A stretch of DNA of 62,350 nucleotides, filler included, from Dehalococcoidia bacterium (GTDB taxonomy: Bacteria > Chloroflexota > Dehalococcoidia > DSTF01 > RBG-16-68-14): NCBI GenBank assembly GCA_040882355.1. It is 8 parts of 8 records of this genome, joined end to end, with 100 filler letters (N's around TTAATTAATTAA, not from the genome) between each part and the next. Parts side by side here need not be neighbours in the genome. Positions count along the whole stretch, not along the records: positions 31,693 to 39,871 come from JBBEBM010000007.1; positions 39,972 to 47,968 come from JBBEBM010000008.1; 6 more parts are not named here. One strand, written 5' to 3'. Of this stretch, positions 32,814 through 41,727 are shown one piece after another. The first letter of the stretch is position 1; each line of letters opens with the position of its first letter. The notes below the pieces were generated by a model. It was not told the origin of the DNA. It saw nothing but the letters and a program-made list of their open reading frames with translations, and ran no database searches. The position numbers and the translations under genes are program-made.

Positions 32814-32889
32814 TTCGCCGGGGACGGAATGCGCGGGGCCTCGCGGCCAGGGTTACCGCAGCCCTAACGAGCGTCCAGCTCCCGGCGGA
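32814..32889 (+). ncRNA. Candidate 76-nt multibranch structured RNA directly after the DUF3800-like stop
   Basis: Closing stem 32814-32823/32880-32889; hairpins GGCC-TCGC-GGCC and AGGGTT-ACCGC-AGCCCT; strand uncertain. Confidence 0.4.
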
Positions 32890-33287
32890 GCCTCCGGTAC
32901 CATCGCACGATGAGTACGCATCCCTTCAGAGTGACCTCGGCGACCCGGAGCGCGGCGCGTACGGCGTAGTCGAGAATCGAGAAGCCCGCCATCACCAGGC
33001 TCGCAACACGCAAACGGTAAGAGGCCGGGGCGCTCGACGGCGAAGCACAAGCCGGAGCGCGCCCGGCGCGTGACGCGGCGACAGGGCGCCGGTCACCAGC
33101 GCCAGTACGCGGGCATGGGCGGGAGCGCTTACGCAGCGCCTTCCTGCTGTTGCTTCAGCGCCAGCGCTGGGCCGGGCACGACGTGGAAGTAGCACCCCGG
33201 CGCGACGCCGGACTGGAGATCGCTCCGACACGAGCGCTCTCCCGCACCTGTGGCGCCCTGCATGCTATAACATGTGCCGTGAACACG

Positions 33288-33611
33288 ATGGTACACAACA
33301 CAATCCGCATTCTGGGTTGCATCGGCTTCTTTCTGTTCCACTTCGTGGTAGTCATTTCGGCGATGGCTTTTGCTCTCACGCCATTAGGCCATCCGTGGGC
33401 AACATACTTGTGGCCGTTGGCTTTCGTCGGCGGGTTCGGAGGGGCAATGTTGGGTATGTACTTCGTGCTGGCGGCATTGGGCATCGACCTGATCCCGACT
33501 GAAGGTGGTCCGGAGCAGGAGGAGCGCGCTCTGGATCAAGCAATGGCGATCTACGCTCTTATATTGCCAGCCTGCCTTGTGTACTTCGGCCTCGTCCTGT
33601 ACGTTCGCTGA
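33288..33611 (+). CDS. Small membrane protein (about 3 TM)
   Basis: Three hydrophobic segments; TGCTATAAC extended -10-like site upstream; alternative GTG start at 33279. Confidence 0.6.
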   Translation: MVHNTIRILGCIGFFLFHFVVVISAMAFALTPLGHPWATYLWPLAFVGGFGGAMLGMYFVLAALGIDLIPTEGGPEQEERALDQAMAIYALILPACLVYFGLVLYVR

Positions 33612-33615
33612 GCGT

Positions 33616-33801
33616 CTACCGGCTCAGCCGATCGGATAGGGCACCCAGAAGGTTAGCCACGACGCCGGCGGCAACGCCGATTAGGATGCCGGCAACGATT
33701 CCCTGGCCCATGCCTACGTCGCTGGCCAACGCGACGATGACACCGATGATTAGCCCCAAAGTAGCTCCGCCCCAAACTGCGGAGCGGCCGTTCCCAGTCA
33801 T
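33616..33801 (-). CDS. Small Gly-zipper membrane protein (2 TM)
   Basis: GAGGAGGGG RBS; WGGATLGLIIGVIVAL...GILIGVAAGVVANLLG. Confidence 0.65.
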   Translation of the reverse strand: MTGNGRSAVWGGATLGLIIGVIVALASDVGMGQGIVAGILIGVAAGVVANLLGALSDRLSR

Positions 33802-34013
33802 GTTGCCCCTCCTCGTCAAGCACTCGTGCGGAAGGCCAGTATACCAGGGATTTCCCCCTGGCTCCGCCGCAAGAGACGGTGCTGAACCGTCAACTACGGC
33901 GTCTCTGTCAGGCTCGCTCGATGCGCCACGTCCCGCCGCAGTGGCGCGAGAGGTGGAATGCGATACAAGTTCACGCTCACGCCACCTCGCATTGACTCTG
34001 ACGATCCCTCGCC

Positions 34014-34043
34014 TTGACGCACCTTACGCAAACGTTATAGTAT
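34014..34043 (+). promoter_or_regulatory. Promoter with a palindromic operator in the -35/-10 spacer
   Basis: TTGACG at 34014; CTTACG-CAAA-CGTTAT at 34023-34038; TATAGT/TAGTAT -10. Confidence 0.6.
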
Positions 34044-34120
34044 GCCCCTCGGTGCGCCCGAGGCCGTCCGAGTGCGGGTCGAGGGCGCCGCATCACGTTT
34101 CGCGAATCGAGGAGCTGTCG

Positions 34121-34528
34121 TTGGCCGAGTACGCCAAGCCTATCCCCCGCCCCAGCGTCGACACGCAGCGCTTCTGGGACGGCTGCAAGCAGCACGAGCT
34201 GTGGCTGCCCTACTGCCTGTCGTGCCAGGAGTTCTTCTTCTATCCTCGCCCGTTCTGCCCTCGCTGCTTCGGCTGGGAGCTGGAGTGGCGCCAGGCGAGC
34301 GGCAAGGGCACCCTCTACACCTACGCGATCCAGTATCGACCGCAGGGCCCCGGCTTCCAGCCGCCATACGTCACGGCGATCGTGCAGCTCGACGAGGGGG
34401 TGCGGCTGATGTGCAACCTCGTCGAGATCGAGCCGGACCCGGAGCAGATCCGCTGCGACATGCCGGTGGAGGTGGTGTTCGAGGACGTGTCGGAGACGAT
34501 CAGCCTGCCGCAGTGGCGGCCGGCGTGA
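34121..34528 (+). CDS. Zn-ribbon/OB-fold (DUF35, ChsH2 C-terminal-like) protein
   Basis: FWDGC...L..C..C...YPRPFCPRC; G.GTLYTY; V.LDEGVRLM.N; TTG start after GAGGAG. Confidence 0.9.
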   Translation: MAEYAKPIPRPSVDTQRFWDGCKQHELWLPYCLSCQEFFFYPRPFCPRCFGWELEWRQASGKGTLYTYAIQYRPQGPGFQPPYVTAIVQLDEGVRLMCNLVEIEPDPEQIRCDMPVEVVFEDVSETISLPQWRPA

Positions 34529-34613
34529 TGGACGCGAGACGCGGGAGGCGGGACGCGGGACCGGAGCGAGAAGCGCCACACAGAATGGGGATCGTGAGGC
34601 TTGCGGGATACGA

Positions 34614-34890
34614 AAGACCCTTCGCTGCGCTCAGGGTGACAAGGGGCAGCGCTCTACGCCACACGAAATGAGGAACAACGCATCGTGACGTTGAAGAAGA
34701 AGGTGGCGCTGGGGGTAGTGGACGACTCCCTTGTCATTCTGAGCGGCAAGGGCGGTGATAGCCGACCGAGAGCGAAGAATCTTGCGGGACGAAGGCGAAT
34801 CGCCCCGCCCAAGATGTGGAGTGAGACCGCATGGGCAGCGAAAGATCCTTCGCTTCGCTCAGGATGACAAGAAGGGCGCTCAGGATGACA
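34614..34890. repeat. Cluster of family A repeat arms plus a duplicated thiolase 5' end
   Basis: Arms at 34614-34641, 34732-34782, 34842-34869 and 34877-34890; 44-bp repeat at 34669-34712 and 34920-34963. Confidence 0.8.
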
Positions 34891-34935
34891 ACAGAAGTCG
34901 CGCCCAGGACCAGATGAAGTGAGGAACAACGTGTC

Positions 34936-36099
34936 GTGACGCTGAAGAAGAAGGTGGCGCTGGTGGGCGTGGAAGAGTCGGACGAGATCGGCATTTGCGA
35001 GGGGAAGACGGCGCTCACGCTCCACGCGGAGGCGGCGCGTAACGCGCTGCGCGACGCGGGCATCGATAAGTCGGAGGTCGACTTCCTGAGCACGGCGGGG
35101 CCTTCGATGCTGCAGCTCGCCGAGTACCTGGGCATCTTCCCGAGCTACATGGACGGGACGTCGGTCGGCGGGTCGTCGTTCGTGATCCAGGTCGAACACG
35201 CCGCCGCCGCGATCGCCGCCGGCATCTGCAACGTCGCGCTGATCACGCACGGCGAGATGGGCTACTCGGCTCGACGCGGGCTCGCCGACCGCGGCGCCGG
35301 GCCCGCCGCCCGCTACATGGACGTGACGTCGCCGGCGGCGCAGTTCGAGTTCTCGTACGGCGTCGGCGGGCCGCCGAGCGTGTACTCGATGGCGGCGATG
35401 CGTCACATGCACGAGTACGGCACGACGCACGAGCAGCTCGCCGAGATCGCGGTCGCGACGCGCAAGTGGGCGCAGCTCAACCCGAAGGCGTTCATGCGCG
35501 ACCCGCTCACGATCGACGACGTGCTGAGCTCGCGCTGGATCGCCTACCCGTTCCACATCTACGACTGCTGCCTCGTCACGGACGCCGGCGGCGCCTGCGT
35601 GATCGTGAGCGCGGAGCGAGCGCGCGACCTGCCGAAGAAGCCGGTGTGGCTGCTCGGCTCGGGCGAGGCGATCACGCACGGCACGATGCTGAACAACCCG
35701 GACCTCACCCAGACGCCCGCGCGCTACTCCGGCAAGCGCGCCTTCGAGATGGCGGGGCTCACCCACAAGGACATCGACGTCGTCGAAGTGTACGACTCGT
35801 TCACGTACACGGCGCTGGTGACGATCGAAGAGCTGGGCTTCTGCGCGAAGGGCGAGGGCGGGCCGTTCCTGTCGAACCAGCGCACGGCGCCCGGCGGCGA
35901 CTTCCCGATGAATACAAACGGCGGCGGGCTCTCGTACACGCACCCCGGGATGTACGGCATGTTCCTGATCATCGAGGCGGTGCGCCAGCTCCGCGGCGAG
36001 TGCGGCGAACGACAGGTGCCGAACGCGCGCACGGCGCTGGTGAACGGCACGGGCGGGTCGATGTCGACGACGGGAACGCTGATCCTGGGGACGGACTGA
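34936..36099 (+). CDS. Thiolase-superfamily protein (SCP-x/Ltp2-like)
   Basis: DCCLVTDAGGA, EVYDSFT, NTNGGGLSYTHPG, EAVRQLRGE.G.RQV; GGSS replaces the usual nucleophilic Cys motif. Confidence 0.9.
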   Translation: MTLKKKVALVGVEESDEIGICEGKTALTLHAEAARNALRDAGIDKSEVDFLSTAGPSMLQLAEYLGIFPSYMDGTSVGGSSFVIQVEHAAAAIAAGICNVALITHGEMGYSARRGLADRGAGPAARYMDVTSPAAQFEFSYGVGGPPSVYSMAAMRHMHEYGTTHEQLAEIAVATRKWAQLNPKAFMRDPLTIDDVLSSRWIAYPFHIYDCCLVTDAGGACVIVSAERARDLPKKPVWLLGSGEAITHGTMLNNPDLTQTPARYSGKRAFEMAGLTHKDIDVVEVYDSFTYTALVTIEELGFCAKGEGGPFLSNQRTAPGGDFPMNTNGGGLSYTHPGMYGMFLIIEAVRQLRGECGERQVPNARTALVNGTGGSMSTTGTLILGTD

Positions 36100-36189
36100 C
36101 GCATAGGGGTCGGATAAGCGGATGGCGGCAGGACTGCCGCCGGGCGGCGCGCCTGTTCGGCGGCGAGCTAGCGCTCGCCCAGGGCGACC

Positions 36190-36229
36190 AGACCCTTCGG
36201 CTGCGCTCAGGGCAGGCTCTGGCCCCTAC
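36190..36229. repeat. Family A arm abutting a GTAG-type REP end
   Basis: AGACCCTTCGGCTGCGCTCAGGGCAGGC followed by GCCCCTAC. Confidence 0.6.
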
Positions 36230-36331
36230 GATGGCGCCGCCGCCTCGTCGACGACGATGCGCGGCCGCCATCAGCTTCTCCGTTTCTCATCCGCTGGCGC
36301 CTGCTACAATGAACGACACCCGCCACAAGCT

Positions 36332-36982
36332 ATGCTCATCGACCTGCACACGCACACCCGTCCCCTCTCGTGGGACTCGTTTCTGACGCCGGACGAGCTC
36401 GTCGAGCGCTCGAAGGCGGCGGGGCTGGACGGCATCTGCCTCTCGGAGCACGACTACTTCTGGAAGCCAGAGGATGTGTTCGACCTTGCGAAGCGCCACA
36501 GCTACCTAGTCCTACCCGCGATCGAGATCAACACGGACGACGGCCACATCCTGGCATACGGGCTCGAGAAGTACGTCTACGGGATGCATCGCTCGCACGA
36601 GCTCGCGCATTATGTCGAGCAAGCGAGCGGCGCGCTGGTCGCCGCCCACCCCTACCGGCGCCAGATGCCCTGGTACATGGAGAACGAGATCGACTACGAG
36701 GAGGCGTTGGCGCGCGGCGCCCGCAACCCGGCGTATCGCTATTGCGTCGCGCTGGAGGTTATCAACGGCCGGGGCAGCGCGAAGGAGAACGAGTTCTCGC
36801 GCCGCCTCGCGGAACAGATGGCGATGGCGGGCACGGGCGGCTCCGACGCCCACGCGCGCCACGACATCGGCAAATGCGCGACGTTCTTCGAGCGAGACGT
36901 CCGCGACCTCGACGACCTGATCGAGGAGCTGAAGGCCGGGCGCTTCCGTCCGGTCGACCTCACCGCCGGTCCGGCCAAGTAA
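36332..36982 (+). CDS. PHP domain phosphoesterase
   Basis: IDLHTHT...DS, LSEHD, GHIL, AHPYR, GGSDAH. Confidence 0.9.
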   Translation: MLIDLHTHTRPLSWDSFLTPDELVERSKAAGLDGICLSEHDYFWKPEDVFDLAKRHSYLVLPAIEINTDDGHILAYGLEKYVYGMHRSHELAHYVEQASGALVAAHPYRRQMPWYMENEIDYEEALARGARNPAYRYCVALEVINGRGSAKENEFSRRLAEQMAMAGTGGSDAHARHDIGKCATFFERDVRDLDDLIEELKAGRFRPVDLTAGPAK

Positions 36983-36986
36983 TGTC

Positions 36987-37193
36987 TTGAGGATACCGAA
37001 GCTTCAACCCCTTGAGATCGCGAGCATTGTTGTCTGCGCTGCGCTGTTTCTCCCGATGCTCATCTTCGCCGTGCTTGGTGAGTCCCTCAATCCTCTTCAG
37101 GTCATGTTCGTGGTCCTCGTAATAGCCATCTTCATCACGCTTTCAATCTGCGTGTGGAGACTCGTCCAAATATTGCTAGCTCGATGGAACTGA
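36987..37193 (+). CDS. Small 2-TM hypothetical protein
   Basis: Two hydrophobic helices; A/T-richer DNA; TTG start. Confidence 0.5.
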   Translation: MRIPKLQPLEIASIVVCAALFLPMLIFAVLGESLNPLQVMFVVLVIAIFITLSICVWRLVQILLARWN

Positions 37194-37246
37194 CTCAGTA
37201 ATCTCCCGTTTAGCGCAGGAGCGACCACGTCGTCCTCATCCACACT

Positions 37247-38026
37247 GTGCCCGCCTACGACGACTCCCGCGCCGCCACGTACGACGCAACCCGTTCGGCC
37301 AGCCCGAGCATGCTCGGGGCGCTGCTGCGAGCACTTGGGCCGGCGAACGGCAGATCGCTGCTCGACATCGGCGGCGGGACGGGCAACTACAGCGTCGCAC
37401 TGCGCAAGGCGGGCTTTCGGGTCACGCTGGCGGAGCTTTCGGAGGCGATGCTGCGCCGAGCCGCTGCGAAGCTTGGCGCGGCCGCCGTCGTGCAGGGCGA
37501 CGCGCTCCGGCTGCCGTTTCGCGACGCTTCCTTCGACTGCGCCACGTCGATCAACGTGAGCCACCACCTCGACTGGCGCGCGCACGTCGCGGAGGCGAAG
37601 CGCGTCGTGGGCGCGGGCGCCTTCGCGATGCAGGTGAACACGCGCGAGAACCTCGCCGCCCACTGGATCTTCGAGTACTTCCCGGAAGCGAAGGGGCCCA
37701 CGCTCGCCCTCCACCCGCCAGCCGACGACGGCGCCGGGGCGATGCGCACGGCGGGCTTCCGAGACGTGGCGTGGGAGGGTTTCGTCTTCGAGGACCGCGC
37801 CGACGCGACGTTCGAGGCGCTCAAGCACTGGCCTGAGACCTACCTCGACGACGGCTACCGGCGTAACACGACGTTCTTCACTCGCATGCCCGCCGATCTC
37901 GAGCGCGCCGGCGTCGAGCGGCTGCGGGCCGACCACGCCTCGGGCGGGCTCACCGAAGTGATCGCGCGCTACGAGCCGCTCGTGCGCGAGGCGGGCGACT
38001 CGACGGTGTTCGTGGGGCGCGGCTAG
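37247..38026 (+). CDS. Class I SAM-dependent methyltransferase
   Basis: YDATR, LLDIGGGTGNY, GDALRLPFRDASFD. Confidence 0.88.
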   Translation: MPAYDDSRAATYDATRSASPSMLGALLRALGPANGRSLLDIGGGTGNYSVALRKAGFRVTLAELSEAMLRRAAAKLGAAAVVQGDALRLPFRDASFDCATSINVSHHLDWRAHVAEAKRVVGAGAFAMQVNTRENLAAHWIFEYFPEAKGPTLALHPPADDGAGAMRTAGFRDVAWEGFVFEDRADATFEALKHWPETYLDDGYRRNTTFFTRMPADLERAGVERLRADHASGGLTEVIARYEPLVREAGDSTVFVGRG

Positions 38027-38032
38027 GCTCCA

Positions 38033-38085
38033 TTGACAGCGCCGCCCGGCGGTTGTATGCTGCCCAACGCTAACGCAAACGTTAG
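38033..38085 (+). promoter_or_regulatory. Promoter followed by a perfect palindromic operator
   Basis: TTGACA at 38033, 17-nt spacer, TATGCT at 38056; CTAACG-CAAA-CGTTAG at 38070-38085. Confidence 0.7.
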
Positions 38086-38111
38086 GGCCTGACGCGGCCC
38101 AGGAGGTGGCA

Positions 38112-38603
38112 ATGACCCAGCAGCAAGAGATGAAGTCCGTGATTACGGACGAGATGCGGGAGGCGATCGGCAAGGAGGGTCCCGCCGTCGTGAGCGAGGT
38201 CGACAAGACGAGCTGCCGCATGTTCGCGCGCGCCGTCGGCCACACCGACATGATCTTCTACGACGAGGACCACGCGAAGAGCAAGGGCTATCGCAGCATC
38301 GTTGCGCCGCCCGGCTTCATGGGCACGCCGATCTTCAAGCCGCGCGCGCCGCAGGGTGAGGCCGAGACCGGCGGCCGCTGGTTCGCGGGCGGCTACAAGC
38401 GCGTGCTCAACGGCGGCACCGACTACGAGTACCTGGACACGATCTGCGCCGGCGACGTGCTCACCGCGCGCACGAAGATCACGAGCTTCAACGAGCGCGT
38501 CGGGAGCATCGGACCGATGCTCGTGACGACTCGTGAGACGGCGTACACGAACCAGGACGGCAAGGTCGTCGCGAAGATGTACGGGACCGTTATTCAATAC
38601 TAG
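38112..38603 (+). CDS. MaoC-like dehydratase, N-terminal-type subunit
   Basis: FARAVG....YDE..A...GY..IVAPP.F; VLNGG..YEY...I.AGD.L; YTNQDG. Confidence 0.88.
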   Translation: MTQQQEMKSVITDEMREAIGKEGPAVVSEVDKTSCRMFARAVGHTDMIFYDEDHAKSKGYRSIVAPPGFMGTPIFKPRAPQGEAETGGRWFAGGYKRVLNGGTDYEYLDTICAGDVLTARTKITSFNERVGSIGPMLVTTRETAYTNQDGKVVAKMYGTVIQY

Positions 38604-38606
38604 CCA

Positions 38607-38684
38607 CTGTCACCCTGAGCAACGCGAAGGGGTTTTCGGTGGTGTAAGGGAGGCGTAAGATTCTTCGCTACGCTCAGAATGACA
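38607..38684. repeat. Complete family A palindromic element
   Basis: CTGTCACCCTGAGCAACGCGAAGGG ... AGATTCTTCGCTACGCTCAGAATGACA. Confidence 0.8.
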
Positions 38685-38704
38685 AAGGGAAAGGACAGGA
38701 GACG

Positions 38705-39136
38705 ATGCCAGACCAGGTCCACTTCGAAGACGTGAACGAAGGCGACGAGATACCGAAGCTCGTCAAGAACTGCTCGACGCAGCAGCTCGTTTTGTGGGCC
38801 GCAGGGTCGGGCGACTTCTACCAGATCCACTACGACAAGGACTTCGCGCAGTCGACGGGCCTCCAGGGCCTGATCGTCCACGGCGCGCTCAAGCACGCGT
38901 TCCTCGGCCAGCTCCTGCACGACTGGGCCGGCGACAGCGGCAAGATCAAGCGGTTCGGCTGCCAGTACCGCGGCATGGACGAGCCGAACCAGGACATTGT
39001 CTGCCGCGGCGTCGTAACGAAGAAGTACCAGGAGGGCGAGGCGAACATCGTCGAGCTGGAGGTCTGGACCGAGAACCCGAAGGGTCAGAAGACCAGCCCC
39101 GGCCAGGCGGTCGTCACGCTGCCGAGCCGGAACTAG
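38705..39136 (+). CDS. MaoC family (R)-hydratase, catalytic subunit
   Basis: AAGSGDFYQIHYD (DxxxxH motif), IVHG. Confidence 0.9.
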   Translation: MPDQVHFEDVNEGDEIPKLVKNCSTQQLVLWAAGSGDFYQIHYDKDFAQSTGLQGLIVHGALKHAFLGQLLHDWAGDSGKIKRFGCQYRGMDEPNQDIVCRGVVTKKYQEGEANIVELEVWTENPKGQKTSPGQAVVTLPSRN

Positions 39137-39262
39137 ACAGCCACAGATTGACACAGATGAAACACGGATTCTGGCAGGAGTCAGTGCGAGGTCTGCACCA
39201 CTTGGGTGACGTCTTGGCAGGCTAGAGCCTGCCCTTCGGAATTGCAGGGACCGGGGAGAATC

Positions 39263-39871
39263 ATGGGATCGCTGGAAGGCAAGGTCGCCGTCATCACCGG
39301 CTCGGGCCGAGGCATCGGAAGGGGGATGGCACTGCTGTTCGCGCAGGAGGGCGCGAAGGTGGTCGTCGTCGACCCGGGCGTGAACGTCGACGGCAGCGGC
39401 ACCGACGCTGGTCCGGCGGACCAGGTCGTCAACGAGATCCGCTCCGCCGGCGGCGAGGCGGCACCCTGCTACGAATCGGTGACGACGGTTGAGGGCGGCG
39501 AGAAGATCGTCCAGACCGCGCTCGACGCCTTCGGCCGGCTCGACATCCTCGTCAACAACGCGGGCATCCTGCGCGACCGCATGATCTTCAACATGAGCGA
39601 GGAGGAGTGGGATGCGGTGATCGCCGTCCACCTCAAGGGCCACTTCTGCTGCACCAAGCCCGCCTCGATCGTCTTCCGCCAGCAGCGCTTTGGGCGGCTG
39701 ATCAACTTCGCATCGGTGTCGGGCCTCGTCGGCATCGCGGGGCAGGCGAACTACGGCGCGGCGAAGTCGGGCATCGCCGGCTTCACGCGGGTCGTCGCGC
39801 GCGACCTCGGGCGCTACGGCGTCACCTGCAACGCGATCTCGCCGGGCGCCGCCACGCGCATGACGGCGACG
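39263..39871 (+). CDS. SDR family oxidoreductase, 3'-truncated
   Basis: TGSGRGIG, NNAGILRD, YGAAK. Confidence 0.92.
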
Positions 39872-39971
39872 NNNNNNNNNNNNNNNNNNNNNNNNNNNNN
39901 NNNNNNNNNNNNNNNTTAATTAATTAANNNNNNNNNNNNNNNNNNNNNNNNNNNNNNNNNNNNNNNNNNNN

Positions 39972-40149
39972 TCACCTGCCCCACGCAGCCCATGATCACC
40001 TGGTCGATCTGGTCCGGCTTGATGTTCGCCCTGCCAACCGCTTCTTTGATGACGATCGCGCCGAGGTCGGAAGCGGGGGTGTTCTGAAAGCCGCCTCCCA
40101 TTCGACCGATGGCGGTGCGACAGCCGCTGACCAGCACCACGTCTTCCAT
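39972..40149 (-). CDS. Acetyl-CoA C-acyltransferase (thiolase) N-terminus, 3'-truncated
   Basis: MEDVVLVSGCRTAIG..GG....ASDLG..VIK...IDQVIMGCV. Confidence 0.85.
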
Positions 40150-40227
40150 GAGCCCTACCCCTTTCTCGAGTGAGTGTGATGGCGAGGATGCGGTTGATTA
40201 TATCCAGCGAGGTCGGAGGCGAGCAAG

Positions 40228-40827
40228 CTATGGCAACCCCGCTAGCTTCGTGTAGACGCTGCCCCCACGTTCGAGCGTGCTCTGCATGAGGTTCACCTCA
40301 CGCAACGTCATCGAGGGCAGCGGGGGCGGCTGGTAGCGGCGCACGAGCGAGGCGAGGGTGCGCAGCTCGGCGGGCGGAACGTGGTCGCGCGGGCGGGCGA
40401 GGGTGAGGTGAGGCGCGAACGGCCGGCGCTCGCGCGGGAAGCCGAGCGGCTCGAGCGCGCCCTCGACGCGGCCCGCGAGCGATGCCAGCGCATCGATGTC
40501 GCCCTCCAGGCCGACCCAGACGACGCGCAGCCGGTCGCCGCCGAAGGTACCGAGCGCAGAGGGCCGCACCCGCAGCTCGAAGGGCTCGATCGCGGCCGCG
40601 AGCGCCGATGTGACGGCGTCGACACGCTCGGCGTCGACCTCGCCGAGGAACTTGAGGGTGACGTGGATGCCCTCCGGGCGCACCCAGCGCAGGCTGTCGG
40701 CGCCCGCGCGACGGAGGTCGGCCTGAACGCGGCCGAGCGCCTCGCGAACGTCGTCCGGCAGCTCGCAAGCGACGAAGAGCCGCAACTGGTTGGGGCGCTG
40801 AGCTACGGGAGCGCCCTGCCTACCCAT
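40228..40827 (-). CDS. thpR: RNA 2',3'-cyclic phosphodiesterase (2H family)
   Basis: RLFVA, two HxT motifs (HVTLKFLG, PHLTLAR), GSVY. Confidence 0.92.
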   Translation of the reverse strand: MGRQGAPVAQRPNQLRLFVACELPDDVREALGRVQADLRRAGADSLRWVRPEGIHVTLKFLGEVDAERVDAVTSALAAAIEPFELRVRPSALGTFGGDRLRVVWVGLEGDIDALASLAGRVEGALEPLGFPRERRPFAPHLTLARPRDHVPPAELRTLASLVRRYQPPPLPSMTLREVNLMQSTLERGGSVYTKLAGLP

Positions 40828-41665
40828 TAGGCAGGCGGAGGAGGAGGCGGGCGTTCTCACCCTCGATCAAGCGCCGGGCCTCGTCGTCGATCGGCGCGTC
40901 ACGCAGCTCGCGCAGCGCGCGCTCCTGCGAGACGAGGGGAAAGTCGCTGCCGAAGAGGATGCGCCGAGCGCCGACGAGGTCGATGCAGCGCGCATAGACG
41001 TCCGGCGAATAGAGGAAGCTCGTCGCAGCGGTGTCGAAGTAGGTCTGGGCGAGCGATTCGCGCACTTCCGGCATCAGGGCGTAGAACGGCAGGCCGCCGC
41101 CCCAGTGCGCGGCGATCACCGTCACGCCCGGAAAGTCCGATACGAAGCGGTAGAGCTGGTCGACCGGCAGGCCGGCCTTGCCGCCGTACGCATGGCCGAC
41201 CGGCTCGCTCGAATGGAAGAGGATCGTCAGGTCGAAGGCGTCGGCGCCCCAGGCGAGCAGGTCCGCGCCCCCGCTATCGATCAGGCTGTAGCCCTGGCTC
41301 GCCGGCCGCAGCTCGCCCAGCCCGCGCGCGCCCTTCGAGGCCAGGCGCTTGAACTCGTCGCGAGCGTCCTCGGCGGTGGGCTGGATCGTGCAGAACGGGA
41401 TCAGGCGCCCGCCGGACTTCGCCGACTCCTCGAGCAAGTAGTCGCTGTGGCGACGGCAGAGATCGGCGTCGCTCCAGGCGAAGCCGCACGCCACACTTAT
41501 GTCAACGCCCGCTTGGTCCATCGACACGAGCAGATCCTCCGCCGTGGCGAGGCGGGCATCGGGGCTGCTGTACAGCTCCCGGAAGGTGGCGTCCTGCTTG
41601 AGGTAGTCGTCGCGCTGGTCGCGCACCTCCGGCGGGAAGATGTGCGTGTGGGCGTCGATGATCAC
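40820..41665 (-). CDS. Amidohydrolase_2 family protein
   Basis: IDAHTHIF, AAHWGGG, YFDTAA, LFGSDFP. Confidence 0.9.
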   Translation of the reverse strand: MIIDAHTHIFPPEVRDQRDDYLKQDATFRELYSSPDARLATAEDLLVSMDQAGVDISVACGFAWSDADLCRRHSDYLLEESAKSGGRLIPFCTIQPTAEDARDEFKRLASKGARGLGELRPASQGYSLIDSGGADLLAWGADAFDLTILFHSSEPVGHAYGGKAGLPVDQLYRFVSDFPGVTVIAAHWGGGLPFYALMPEVRESLAQTYFDTAATSFLYSPDVYARCIDLVGARRILFGSDFPLVSQERALRELRDAPIDDEARRLIEGENARLLLRLPNG

Positions 41666-41727
41666 GGAGGCATGGTAGCGGATCGGCGCGTTGACATCGC
41701 CGCGAGCGGGGGTATACTGACGCCACC

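Noticed and set aside
32829..32875. HDV-like ribozyme (CCTCGCGG and CTAA words)
   Set aside because: The P1 3' strand and 7-nt L3 required by the HDV topology cannot be placed; kept only as a generic structured RNA candidate
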